A DNA stretch of 64,000 nucleotides from Gordius albopunctatus (taxonomy: Eukaryota). The notes beneath the pieces were generated by a model that ran no database searches, had not been told where the DNA came from, and saw only the letters and a program-made list of their open reading frames with translations. Position numbers and translations under genes: made by a program. Within the stretch, counting starts at the first letter, position 1, and every line of letters starts with the position of its first letter. Where the stretch lies: NCBI GenBank assembly GCA_964276515.1, contig OZ193909.1, positions 10,044,001-10,108,000 on the forward strand, in the 5' to 3' direction. Shown here in pieces: positions 43,301-58,109 of the stretch.

Positions 43301-46035
43301 AGATTCCTATTAATCTCGATCGACTCCTTATAAGAAGTTTTAATCTGCGAAAACTATCATTTTGAGGAAAGACAACGTTATATTGTTGCGATTAGTTTGT
43401 TTCATCGCGACGAGAGTGCTGAATTTTTGAAACATGCTATATGTGATGATTATTTCAAAGTAATAGTTATCTAATTGTGATAAATTTTTACTTCTTATCA
43501 TGAAAATCACGTCTGAAAAAAACAACTTTCATCGGATGAATATGGTTTAATGGAAACAATTTTAAATATTTTTAGCTAAAAAAATATTTTTTTGTTTATT
43601 TATGTAAAAGAGCTTGAAAAAATATATAAAAGTAAGCTAATTTGAGATTCCTATTAATCTCGATCGACTCCTTATAAGAAGTTTAAAGCTGCGAGAACTA
43701 TCATTTTGAGGAAAGACAACGTTATATTGTTGCGATTATCATCGCGACGATAGTGCTGAATTTTTGAAACATGCTATATGCGATGATTATTTCAAAGTAA
43801 TAGTTATCTAATTGTGATAAATTTTTACTTCTTATCATGAAAATCACGTCTGAAAATAACAACTTTCATCGGATGAATATGGTTTAATGGAAACAATTTT
43901 AAATATTTTGAGCTGAAAAATATTATTTTTGTTATTTTGTGTAAAAGAGCTTGAAAAAATATATAAAAGTATGCTAATTTGAGATTCCTATTAATCTCGA
44001 TCGACTCCTTATAAGAAGTTTTAAGCTGCGAGAACTATCATTTTGAGGAAAGACAACGTTATATTGTTGCGATTAGTTTGTTTCATCGCGACGAGAGTGC
44101 TGAATTTTTGAAACATGCTATATGCGATGATTATTTCAAAGTAATAGTTATCTAATTGTGATAAATTTTTACTTCTTATCATGGAATACACGTCTGAAAA
44201 TAACAACTTTCATCGGATGAATATGGTTTATTGCAAATAATTTTAAATATTTTGAGCTAAAAAACGATATTTTTTGTTATTTTATGTAAAAGAGCTTGAA
44301 AAAATATGTAAAAGTAAGCTAATTTGAGATTCATATTAATCTCGATCGACTCCTTATAAGAAGTTTTAATCTGCGAAAACTATCATTTTGAGGAAAGACA
44401 ACGTTATATTGTTGCGATTAGTTTGTTTCATCGCGACGAGAGTGCTGAATTTTTGAAACATGCTATATGTGATGATTATTTCAAAGTAATAGTTATCTAA
44501 TTGTGATAAATTTTTACTTCTTATCATGAAAATCACGTCTGAAAATAACAACTTTCATCGGATGAATATGGTTTAATGGAAACAATTTTAAATATTTTTA
44601 GCTAAAAAAATATTTTTTTGTTATTTTATGTAAAAGAGCTTGAAAAAATATATAAAAGTAAGCTAATTTGAGATTCCTATTAATCTCGATCGACTCCTTA
44701 TAAGAAGTTTAAAGCTGCGAGAACTATCATTTTGAGGAAAGACAACGTTATATTGTTGCGATTAGTTTGTTTCATCGCGACGAGAGTGCTGAATTTTTGA
44801 AGCATGCTATATGCGATGATTATTTCAAAGTAATAGTTATCTAATTGTGATAAATTTTTACTTCTTATCATGGAATACACGTCTGAAAATAACAACTTTC
44901 ATCGGATGAATATGGTTTATTGCAAATAATTTTAAATATTTTGAGCTAAAAAACGATATTTTTTGTTATTTTATGTAAAAGAGCTTGAAAAAATATGTAA
45001 AAGTAAGCTAATTTGAGATTCATATTAATCTCGATCGACTCCTTATAAGAAGTTTTAATCTGCGAAAACTATCATTTTGAGGAAAGACAACGTTATATTG
45101 TTGCGATTAGTTTGTTTCATCGCGACGAGAGTGCTGAATTTTTGAAACATGCTATATGCGATGATTATTTCAAAGTAATAGTTATCTAATTGTGATAAAT
45201 TTTTACTTCTTATCATGGAATACACGTCTGAAAATAACAACTTTCATCGGATGAATATGGTTTAATGGAAATAATTTTAAATATTTTGAGCTGAAAAATA
45301 TATTTTTTGTTATTTTGTGTAAAAGAGCTTGAAAAAATATATAAAAGTATGCTAATTTGAGATTCATATTAATCTCGATCGACTCCTTATAATAAGTTTT
45401 AAGCTGCGAGAACTATCATTTTGAGGAAAGACAACGCTTTATTGTTGCGATTATCATCGCGACGAGAGTGCTGAATTTTTGAAACATGCTATATGCGATG
45501 ATTATTTCAAAGTAATAGTTATCTAATTGTGATAAATTTTTACTTCTTATCATGAAAATCACGTCTGAAAATAACAACTTTCATCGGATGAATATGGTTT
45601 AATGGAAATAATTTTAAATATTTTTAGCTAAAAAAATATTTTTTTTGTTATTTTATGTAAAAGAGCTTGAAAAAATATATAAAAGTAAGCTAATTTGAGA
45701 TTCCTATTAATCTCGATCGACTCCTTATAATAAGTTTTAAGCTGCGAGAACTATCATTTTGAGGAAAGACAACGTTATATTGTTGCGATTATCATCGCGA
45801 CGAGAGTGCTGAATTTTTGAAACATGCTATATGCGATGATTATTTCAAAGTAATAGTTATCTAATTGTGATAAATTTTTACTTCTTATCATGAAAATCAC
45901 GTCTGAAAATAACAACTTTCATCGGATGAATATGGTTTAATGGAAATAATTTTAAATATTTTGAGCTGAAAAATATTATTTTTGTTATTTTGTGTAAAAG
46001 AGCTTGAAAAAATATATAAAAGTATGCTAATTTGA
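31320..46035. repeat. Higher-order duplication at 8565 bp (25 monomers): ~31320-37470 matches ~39885-46035
   Basis: Twelve consecutive ORF-track entries from 31344 to 36490 recur at +8565 (39909 to 45055). The rare SNP GGTTCAATGG is at ~34291 and ~42856. Confidence 0.9.
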
Positions 46036-49000
46036 GATTCCTATTAATCTCGATCGACTCCTTATAAGAAGTTTTAAGCTGCGAGAACTATCATTTTGAG
46101 GAAAGACAACGTTATATTGTTGCGATTAGTTTGTTTCATCGCGACGAGAGTGCTGAATTTTTGAAACATGCTATATGCGATGATTATTTCAAAGTAATAG
46201 TTATCTAATTGTGATAAATTTTAACTTCTTATCATGAAAATCACGTCTGAAAATAACAACTTTCATCGGATGAATATGGTTTAATGGAAATAATTTTAAA
46301 TATTTTGAGCTGAAAAATATATTTTTAGTTATTTTGTGTAAAAGAGCTTGAAAAAATATATAAAAGTATGCTAATTTGAGATTCCTATTAATCTCGATCG
46401 ACTCCTTATAAGAAGTTTTAATCTGCGAAAACTATCATTTTGAGGAAAGACAACGTTATATTGTTGCGATTAGTTTGTTTCATCGCGACGAGAGTGCTGA
46501 ATTTTTGAAACATGCTATATGTGATGATTATTTCAAAGTAATAGTTATCTAATTGTGATAAATTTTTACTTCTTATCATGAAAATCACGTCTGAAAATAA
46601 CAACTTTCATCGGATGAATATGGTTTAATGGAAACAATTTTAAATATTTTTAGGTAAAAAAATATTTTTTTGTTTATTTATGTAAAAGAGCTTGAAAAAA
46701 TATATAAAATGAAGCTAATTTGAGATTCCTATTAATCTCGATCGACTCCTTATAAGAAGTTTAAAGCTGCGAGAACTATCATTTTGAGGAAAGACAACGT
46801 TATATTGTTGCGATTATCATCGCGACGATAGTGCTGAATTTTTGAAACATGCTATATGCGATGATTATTTCAAAGTAATAGTTATCTAATTGTGATAAAT
46901 TTTTACTTCTTATCATGAAAATCACGTCTGAAAATAACAACTTTCATCGGATGAATATGGTTTAATGGAAACAATTTTAAATATTTTGAGCTGAAAAATA
47001 TTATTTTTGTTATTTTGTGTAAAAGAGCTTGAAAAAATATACAAAAGTATGCTAATTTGAGATTCCTATTAATCTCGATCGACTCCTTATAAGAAGTTTT
47101 AAGCTGCGAGAACTATCATTTTGAGGAAAGACAACGTTATATTGTTGCGATTAGTTTGTTTCATCGCGACGAGAGTGCTGAATTTTTGAAACATGCTATA
47201 TGCGATGATTATTTCAAAGTAATAGTTATCTAATTGTGATAAATTTTTACTTCTTATCATGGAATACACGTCTGAAAATAACAACTTTCATCGGATGAAT
47301 ATGGTTTATTGCAAATAATTTTAAATATTTTGAGCTAAAAAACGTTATTTTTTGTTATTTTATGTAAAAGAGCTTGAAAAAATATGTAAAAGTAAGCTAA
47401 TTTGAGATTCATATTAATCTCGATCGACTCCTTATAAGAAGTTTTAATCTGCGAAAACTATCATTTTGAGGAAAGACAACGTTATATTGTTGCGATTAGT
47501 TTGTTTCATCGCGACGAGAGTGCTGAATTTTTGAAACATGCTATGTGATGATTATTTCAAAGTAATAGTTATCTAATTGTGATAAATTTTTACTTCTTAT
47601 CATGAAAATCACGTCTGAAAATAACAACTTTCATCGGATGAATATGGTTTAATGGAAACAATTTTAAATATTTTTAGCTAAAAAAATATTTTTTTGTTAT
47701 TTTATGTAAAAGAGCTTGAAAAAATATATAAAAGTAAGCTAATTTGAGATTCCTATTAATCTCGATCGACTCCTTATAAGAAGTTTAAAGCTGCGAGAAC
47801 TATCATTTTGAGGAAAGACAACGTTATATTGTTGCGATTAGTTTGTTTCATCGCGACGAGAGTGCTGAATTTTTGAAGCATGCTATATGCGATGATTATT
47901 TCAAAGTAATAGTTATCTAATTGTGATAAATTTTTACTTCTTATCATGGAATACACGTCTGAAAATAACAACTTTCATCGGATGAATATGGTTTATTGCA
48001 AATAATTTTAAATATTTTGAGCTAAAAAACGATATTTTTTGTTATTTTATGTAAAAGAGCTTGAAAAAATATGTAAAAGTAAGCTAATTTGAGATTCATA
48101 TTAATCTCGATCGACTCCTTATAAGAAGTTTTAATCTGCGAAAACTATCATTTTGAGGAAAGACAACGTTATATTGTTGCGATTAGTTTGTTTCATCGCG
48201 ACGAGAGTGCTGAATTTTTGAAACATGCTATATGTGATGATTATTTCAAAGTAATAGTTATCTAATTGTGATAAATTTTTACTTCTTATCATGAAAATCA
48301 CGTCTGAAAATAACAACTTTCATCGGATGAATATGGTTTAATGGAAACAATTTTAAATATTTTGAGCTGAAAAATATATTTTTTGTTATTTTGTGTAAAA
48401 GAGCTTGAAAAAATATATAAAAGTATGCTAATTTGTGATTCATATTAATCTCGATCGACTCCTTATAATAAGTTTTAAGCTGCGAGAACTATCATTTTGA
48501 GGAAAGACAACGCTTTATTGTTGCGATTATCATCGCGACGAGAGTGCTGAATTTTTGAAACATGCTATATGCGATGATTATTTCAAAGTAATAGTTATCT
48601 AATTGTGATAAATTTTTACTTCCTATCATGAAAATCACGTCTGAAAATAACAACTTTCATCGGATGAATATGGTTTAATGGAAATAATTTTAAATATTTT
48701 TAGCTAAAAAAATATTTTTTTGTTATTTTATGTAAAAGAGCTTGAAAAAATATATAAAAGTAAGCTAATTTGAGATTCCTATTAATCTCGATCGACTCCT
48801 TATAATAAGTTTTAAGCTGCGAGAACTATCATTTTGAGGAAAGAAAACGTTATATTGTTGCGATTATCATCGCGACGAGAGTGCTGAATTTTTGAAACAT
48901 GCTATATGCGATGATTATTTCAAAGTAATAGTTATCTAATTGTGATAAATTTTTACTTCTTATCATGAAAATCACGTCTGAAAATAACAACTTTCATCGG

Positions 49001-52000
49001 ATGAATATGGTTTAATGGAAATAATTTTAAATATTTTGAGCTGAAAAATATTATTTTTGTTATTTTGTGTAAAAGAGCTTGAAAAAATATATAAAAGTAT
49101 GCTAATTTGAGATTCCTATTAATCTCGATCGACTCCTTATAAGAAGTTTTAAGCTGCGAGAACTATCATTTTGAGGAAAGACAACGTTATATTGTTGCGA
49201 TTAGTTTGTTTCATCGCGACGAGAGTGCTGAATTTTTGAAACATGCTATATGCGATGATTATTTCAAAGTAATAGTTATCTAATTGTGATAAATTTTAAC
49301 TTCTTATCATGAAAATCACGTCTGAAAATAACAACTTTCATCGGATGAATATGGTTTAATGGAAATAATTTTAAATATTTTGAGCTGAAAAATATATTTT
49401 TAGTTATTTTGTGTAAAAGAGCTTGAAAAAATATATAAAAGTATGCTAATTTGAGATTCCTATTAATCTCGATCGACTCCTTATAAGAAGTTTTAATCTG
49501 CGAAAACTATCATTTTGAGGAAAGACAACGTTATATTGTTGCGATTAGTTTGTTTCATCGCGACGAGAGTGCTGAATTTTTGAAACATGCTATATGTGAT
49601 GATTATTTCAAAGTAATAGTTATCTAATTGTGATAAATTTTTACTTCTTATCATGAAAATCACGTCTGAAAATAACAACTTTCATCGGATGAATATGGTT
49701 TAATGGAAACAATTTTAAATATTTTTAGGTAAAAAAATATTTTTTTGTTTATTTATGTAAAAGAGCTTGAAAAAATATATAAAATGAAGCTAATTTGAGA
49801 TTCCTATTAATCTCGATCGACTCCTTATAAGAAGTTTAAAGCTGCGAGAACTATCATTTTGAGGAAAGACAACGTTATATTGTTGCGATTATCATCGCGA
49901 CGATAGTGCTGAATTTTTGAAACATGCTATATGCGATGATTATTTCAAAGTAATAGTTATCTAATTGTGATAAATTTTTACTTCTTATCATGAAAATCAC
50001 GTCTGAAAATAACAACTTTCATCGGATGAATATGGTTTAATGGAAACAATTTTAAATATTTTGAGCTGAAAAATATTATTTTTGTTATTTTGTGTAAAAG
50101 AGCTTGAAAAAATATACAAAAGTATGCTAATTTGAGATTCCTATTAATCTCGATCGACTCCTTATAAGAAGTTTTAAGCTGCGAGAACTATCATTTTGAG
50201 GAAAGACAACGTTATATTGTTGCGATTAGTTTGTTTCATCGCGACGAGAGTGCTGAATTTTTGAAACATGCTATATGCGATGATTATTTCAAAGTAATAG
50301 TTATCTAATTGTGATAAATTTTTACTTCTTATCATGGAATACACGTCTGAAAATAACAACTTTCATCGGATGAATATGGTTTATTGCAAATAATTTTAAA
50401 TATTTTGAGCTAAAAAACGATATTTTTTGTTATTTTATGTAAAAGAGCTTGAAAAAATATGTAAAAGTAAGCTAATTTGAGATTCATATTAATCTCGATC
50501 GACTCCTTATAAGAAGTTTTAATCTGCGAAAACTATCATTTTGAGGAAAGACAACGTTATATTGTTGCGATTAGTTTGTTTCATCGCGACGAGAGTGCTG
50601 AATTTTTGAAACATGCTATATGTGATGATTATTTCAAAGTAATAGTTATCTAATTGTGATAAATTTTTACTTCTTATCATGAAAATCACGTCTGAAAATA
50701 ACAACTTTCATCGGATGAATATGGTTTAATGGAAACAATTTTAAATATTTTTAGCTAAAAAAATATTTTTTTGTTATTTTATGTAAAAGAGCTTGAAAAA
50801 ATATATAAAAGTAAGCTAATTTGAGATTCCTATTAATCTCGATCGACTCCTTATAAGAAGTTTAAAGCTGCGAGAACTATCATTTTGAGGAAAGACAACG
50901 TTATATTGTTGCGATTAGTTTGTTTCATCGCGACGAGAGTGCTGAATTTTTGAAGCATGCTATATGCGATGATTATTTCAAAGTAATAGTTATCTAATTG
51001 TGATAAATTTTTACTTCTTATCATGGAATACACGTCTGAAAATAACAACTTTCATCGGATGAATATGGTTTATTGCAAATAATTTTAAATATTTTGAGCT
51101 AAAAAACGATATTTTTTGTTATTTTATGTAAAAGAGCTTGAAAAAATATGTAAAAGTAAGCTAATTTGAGATTCATATTAATCTCGATCGACTCCTTATA
51201 AGAAGTTTTAATCTGCGAAAACTATCATTTTGAGGAAAGACAACGTTATATTGTTGCGATTAGTTTGTTTCATCGCGACGAGAGTGCTGAATTTTTGAAA
51301 CATGCTATATGTGATGATTATTTCAAAGTAATAGTTATCTAATTGTGATAAATTTTTACTTCTTATCATGAAAATCACGTCTGAAAATAACAACTTTCAT
51401 CGGATGAATATGGTTTAATGGAAACAATTTTAAATATTTTGAGCTGAAAAATATATTTTTTGTTATTTTGTGTAAAAGAGCTTGAAAAAATATATAAAAG
51501 TATGCTAATTTGTGATTCATATTAATCTCGATCGACTCCTTATAATAAGTTTTAAGCTGCGAGAACTATCATTTTGAGGAAAGACAACGCTTTATTGTTG
51601 CGATTATCATCGCGACGAGAGTGCTGAATTTTTGAAACATGCTATATGCGATGATTATTTCAAAGTAATAGTTATCTAATTGTGATAAATTTTTACTTCT
51701 TATCATGAAAATCACGTCTGAAAATAACAACTTTCATCGGATGAATATGGTTTAATGGAAATAATTTTAAATATTTTTAGCTAAAAAAATATTTTTTTGT
51801 TATTTTATGTAAAAGAGCTTGAAAAAATATATAAAAGTAAGCTAATTTGAGATTCCTATTAATCTCGATCGACTCCTTATAATAAGTTTTAAGCTGCGAG
51901 AACTATCATTTTGAGGAAAGAAAACGTTATATTGTTGCGATTATCATCGCGACGAGAGTGCTGAATTTTTGAAACATGCTATATGCGATGATTATTTCAA

Positions 52001-52400
52001 AGTAATAGTTATCTAATTGTGATAAATTTTTACTTCTTATCATGAAAATCACGTCTGAAAATAACAACTTTCATCTGATGAATATGGTTTAATGGAAATA
52101 ATTTTAAATATTTTGAGCTGAAAAATATTATTTTTGTTATTTTGTGTAAAAGAGCTTGAAAAAATATATAAAAGTATGCTAATTTGAGATTCCTATTAAT
52201 CTCGATCGACTCCTTATAATAAGTTTTAAGCTGCGAGAACTATCATTTTGAGGAAAGAAAACGTTATATTGTTGCGATTATCATCGCGACGAGAGTGCTG
52301 AATTTTTGAAACATGCTATATGCGATGATTATTTCAAAGTAATAGTTATCTAATTGTGATAAATTTTAACTTCTTATCATGAAAATCACGTCTGAAAATA
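43000..52400. repeat. Tandem 9-mer higher-order repeat, ~3075-3078 bp, about three copies
   Basis: ORF offsets: 43340-46418-49493, 44021-47099-50174, 44698-47774-50851 and 45055-48131-51208, each step 3075-3078 bp. Confidence 0.87.
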
Positions 52401-55400
52401 ACAACTTTCATCGGATGAATATGGTTTAATGGAAATAATTTTAAATATTTTGAGCTGAAAAATATATTTTTAGTTATTTTGTGTAAAAGAGCTTGAAAAA
52501 ATATATAAAAGTATGCTAATTTGAGATTCCTATTAATCTCGATCGACTCCTTATAAGAAGTTTTAATCTGCGAAAACTATCATTTTGTTGAGAGATAACG
52601 TTATATTGTTGCGATTAGTTTGTTTCATCGCGACGAGAGTGCTGAATTTTTGAAGCATGCTATATGCGATGATTATTTCAAAGTAATAGTTATCTAATTG
52701 TGATAAATTTTTACTTCTTATCATGAAAATCACGTCTGAAAATAACAACTTTCATCGGATGAATATGGTTTAATGGAAATAATTTTAAATATTTTGAGCT
52801 GAAAAATATATTTTTAGTTATTTTGTGTAAAAGAGCTTGAAAAAATATATAAAAGTATGCTAATTTGAGATTCCTATTAATCTCGATCGACTCCTTATAA
52901 GAAGTTTTAAGCTGCGAGAACTATCATTTTGAGGAAAGACAACGTTATATTGTTGCGATTATCATCGCGACGATAGTGCTGAATTTTTGAAACATGCTAT
53001 ATGCGATGATTATTTCAAAGTAATAGTTATCTAATTGTGATAAATTTTTACTTCTTATCATGAAAATCACGTCTGAAAATAACAACTTTCATCGGATGAA
53101 TATGGTTTAATGGAAATAATTTTAAATATTTTGAGCTGAAAAATATATTTTTTGTTATTTTATGTAAAAGAGCTTGAAAAAATATATAAAAGTAAGCTAA
53201 TTTGAGATTCCTATTAATCTCGATCGACTCCTTATAAGAAGTTTAAAGCTGCGAGAACTATCATTTTGAGGAAAAACAACGTTATATTGTTGCGATTAGT
53301 TTGTTTCATCGCGACGAGAGTGCTGAATTTTTGAAGCATGCTATATGCGATGATTATTTCAAAGTAATAGTTATCTAATTGTGATAAATTTTTACTTCTT
53401 ATCATGAAAATCACGTCTGAAAATAACAACTTTCATCGGATGAATATGGTTTAATGGAAATAATTTTAAATATTTTGAGCTGAAAAATATATTTTTAGTT
53501 ATTTTGTGTAAAAGAGCTTGAAAAAATATATAAAAGTATGCTAATTTGAGATTCCTATTAATCTCGATCGACTCCTTATAAGAAGTTTTAAGCTGCGAGA
53601 ACTATCATTTTGAGGAAAGACAACGCTTTATTGTTGCGATTATCATCGCGACGAGAGTGCTGAATTTTTGAAACATGCTATATGCGATGATTATTTCAAA
53701 GTAATAGTTATCTAATTGTGATAAATTTTTACTTCTTATCATGAAAATCACGTCTGAAAATAACAACTTTCATCGGATGAATATGGTTTAATGGAAATAA
53801 TTTTAAATATTTTTAGCTAAAAAAATATTTTTTTTGTTATTTTATGTAAAAGAGCTTGAAAAAATATATAAAAGTAAGCTAATTTGAGATTCCTATTAAT
53901 CTCGATCGACTCCTTATAATAAGTTTTAAGCTGCGAGAACTATCATTTTGAGGAAAGACAACGTTATATTGTTGCGATTATCATCGCGACGAGAGTGCTG
54001 AATTTTTGAAACATGCTATATGCGATGATTATTTCAAAGTAATAGTTATCTAATTGTGATAAATTTTTACTTCTTATCATGAAAATCACGTCTGAAAATA
54101 ACAACTTTCATCGGATGAATATGGTTTAATGGAAATAATTTTAAATATTTTGAGCTGAAAAATATTATTTTTGTTATTTTGTGTAAAAGAGCTTGAAAAA
54201 ATATATAAAAGTATGCTAATTTGAGATTCCTATTAATCTCGATCGACTCCTTATAAGAAGTTTTAAGCTGCGAGAACTATCATTTTGAGGAAAGACAACG
54301 TTATATTGTTGCGATTAGTTTGTTTCATCGGGACGAGAGTGCTGAATTTTTGAAACATGCTATATGCGATGATTATTTCAAAGTAATAGTTATCTAATTG
54401 TGATAAATTTTAACTTCTTATCATGAAAATCACGTCTGAAAATAACAACTTTCATCGGATGAATATGGTTTAATGGAAATAATTTTAAATATTTTGAGCT
54501 GAAAAATATATTTTTAGTTATTTTGTGTAAAAGAGCTTGAAAAAATATATAAAAGTATGCTAATTTGAGATTCCTATTAATCTCGATCGACTCCTTATAA
54601 GAAGTTTTAATCTGCGAAAACTATCATTTTGAGGAAAGACAACGTTATATTGTTGCGATTAGTTTGTTTCATCGCGACGAGAGTGCTGAATTTTTGAAAC
54701 ATGCTATATGTGATGATTATTTCAAAGTAATAGTTATCTAATTGTGATAAATTTTTACTTCTTATCATGAAAATCACGTCTGAAAATAACAACTTTCATC
54801 GGATGAATATGGTTTAATGGAAATAATTTTAAATATTTTGAGCTGAAAAATATATTTTTAGTTATTTTGTGTAAAAGAGCTTGAAAAAATATATAAAAGT
54901 AAGCTAATTTGAGATTCCTATTAATCTCGATCGACTCCTTATAAGAAGTTTAAAGCTGCGAGAACTATCATTTTGAGGAAAGACAACGTTATATTGTTGC
55001 GATTATCATCGCGACGATAGTGCTGAATTTTTGAAACATGCTATATGCGATGATTATTTCAAAGTAATAGTTATCTAATTGTGATAAATTTTTACTTCTT
55101 ATCATGAAAATCACGTCTGAAAATAACAACTTTCATCGGATGAATATGGTTTAATGGAAACAATTTTAAATATTTTGAGCTGAAAAATATTATTTTTGTT
55201 ATTTTGTGTAAAAGAGCTTGAAAAAATATATAAAAGTATGCTAATTTGAGATTCTTATTAATCTCGATCGACTCCTTATAAGAAGTTTTAAGCTGCGAGA
55301 ACTATCATTTTGAGGAAAGACAACGTTATATTGTTGCGATTAGTTTGTTTCATCGCGACGAGAGTGCTGAATTTTTGAAACATGCTATATGCGATGATTA

Positions 55401-58109
55401 TTTCAAAGTAATAGTTATCTAATTGTGATAAATTTTTACTTCTTATCATGGAATACACGTCTGAAAATAACAACTTTCATCGGATGAATATGGTTTATTG
55501 CAAATAATTTTAAATATTTTGAGCTAAAAAACGATATTTTTTGTTATTTTATGTAAAAGAGCTTGAAAAAATATGTAAAAGTAAGCTAATTTGAGATTCA
55601 TATTAATCTCGATCGACTCCTTATAAGAAGTTTTAATCTGCGAAAACTATCATTTTGAGGAAAGACAACGTTATATTGTTGCGATTAGTTTGTTTCATCG
55701 CGACGAGAGTGCTGAATTTTTGAAACATGCTATATGTGATGATTATTTCAAAGTAATAGTTATCTAATTGTGATAAATTTTTACTTCTTATCATGAAAAT
55801 CACGTCTGAAAATAACAACTTTCATCGGATGAATATGGTTTAATGGAAACAATTTTAAATATTTTTAGCTAAAAAAATATTTTTTTGTTATTTTATGTAA
55901 AAGAGCTTGAAAAAATATATAAAAGTAAGCTAATTTGAGATTCCTATTAATCTCGATCGACTCCTTATAAGAAGTTTAAAGCTGCGAGAACTATCATTTT
56001 GAGGAAAGACAACGTTATATTGTTGCGATTAGTTTGTTTCATGGCGACGAGAGTGCTGAATTTTTGAAGCATGCTATATGCGATGATTATTTCAAAGTAA
56101 TAGTTATCTAATTGTGATAAATTTTTACTTCTTATCATGGAATACACGTCTGAAAATAACAACTTTCATCGGATGAATATGGTTTATTGCAAATAATTTT
56201 AAATATTTTGAGCTAAAAAACGATATTTTTTGTTATTTTATGTAAAAGAGCTTGAAAAAATATGTAAAAGTAAGCTAATTTGAGATTCATATTAATCTCG
56301 ATCGACTCCTTATAAGAAGTTTTAATCTGCGAAAACTATCATTTTGAGGAAAGACAACGTTATATTGTTGCGATTAGTTTGTTTCATCGCGACGAGAGTG
56401 CTGAATTTTTGAAACATGCTATATGTGATGATTATTTCAAAGTAATAGTTATCTAATTGTGATAAATTTTTACTTCTTATCATGAAAATCACGTCTGAAA
56501 ATAACAACTTTCATCGGATGAATATGGTTTAATGGAAACAATTTTAAATATTTTTAGCTAAAAAAATATTTTTTTGTTATTTTATGTAAAAGAGCTTGAA
56601 AAAATATATAAAAGTAAGCTAATTTGAGATTCCTATTAATCTCGATCGACTCCTTATAAGAAGTTTAAAGCTGCGAGAACTATCATTTTGAGGAAAGACA
56701 ACGTTATATTGTTGCGATTAGTTTGTTTCATCGCGACGAGAGTGCTGAATTTTTGAAGCATGCTATATGCGATGATTATTTCAAAGTAATAGTTATCTAA
56801 TTGTGATAAATTTTTACTTCTTATCATGGAATACACGTCTGAAAATAACAACTTTCATCGGATGAATATGGTTTATTGCAAATAATTTTAAATATTTTGA
56901 GCTAAAAAACGATATTTTTTGTTATTTTATGTAAAAGAGCTTGAAAAAATATGTAAAAGTAAGCTAATTTGAGATTCATATTAATCTCGATCGATTCCTT
57001 ATAAGAAGTTTTAATCTGCGAAAACTATCATTTTGAGGAAAGACAACGTTATATTGTTGCGATTAGTTTGTTTCATCGCGACGAGAGTGCTGAATTTTTG
57101 AAACATGCTATATGTGATGATTATTTCAAAGTAATAGTTATCTAATTGTGATAAATTTTTACTTCTTATCATGAAAATCACGTCTGAAAATAACAACTTT
57201 CATCGGATGAATATGGTTTAATGGAAACAATTTTAAATATTTTGAGCTGAAAAATATATTTTTTGTTATTTTGTGTAAAAGAGCTTGAAAAAATATATAA
57301 AAGTATGCTAATTTGAGATTCATATTAATCTCGATCGACTGCTTATAATAAGTTTTAAGCTGCGAGAACTATCATTTTGAGGAAAGACAACGCTTTATTG
57401 TTGCGATTATCATCGCGACGAGAGTGCTGAATTTTTGAAACATGCTATATGCGATGATTATTTCAAAGTAATAGTTATCTAATTGTGATAAATTTTTACT
57501 TCTTATCATGAAAATCACGTCTGAAAATAACAACTTTCATCGGATGAATATGGTTTAATGGAAATAATTTTAAATATTTTGAGCTGAAAAATATATTTTT
57601 TGTTATTTTATGTAAAAGAGCTTGAAAAAATATATAAAAGTAAGCTATCTTGAGATTCCTATTAATCTCGATCGACTCCTTATAAGAAGTTTAAAGCTGC
57701 GAGAACTATCATTTTGAGGAAAGACAACGTTATATTGTTGCGATTAGTTTGTTTCATCGCGACGAGAGTGCTGAATTTTTGAAACATGCTATATGCGATG
57801 ATTATTTCAAAGTAATAGTTATCTAATTGTGATAAATTTTTACTTCTTATCATGAAAATCACGTTAAAAAATAACAACTCTTATCGGATGAATATGGTTT
57901 AATGGAAATAATTTTAAATATTTTAAGCTAAAAAAATATTTTTTTTGTTATTTTATGTAAAAGAGCTTGAAAAAATATATAAAAGTAAGCTATCTTGAGA
58001 TTCCTATTAATCTCGATCGACTCCTTATAAGAAGTTTAAAGCTGCGAGAACTATCATTTTGAGGAAAGACAACGTTATATTGTTGCGATTAGTTTGTTTC
58101 ATCGCGACG

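Noticed and set aside
52071..52085. Hammerhead ribozyme, as known from some newt, schistosome and cave cricket satellites
   Set aside because: The CTGANGA core is absent from the consensus on both strands. CTGATGA appears only through a singleton SNP at ~52076, and I could not build the three-stem fold. An Infernal/Rfam scan would settle it.
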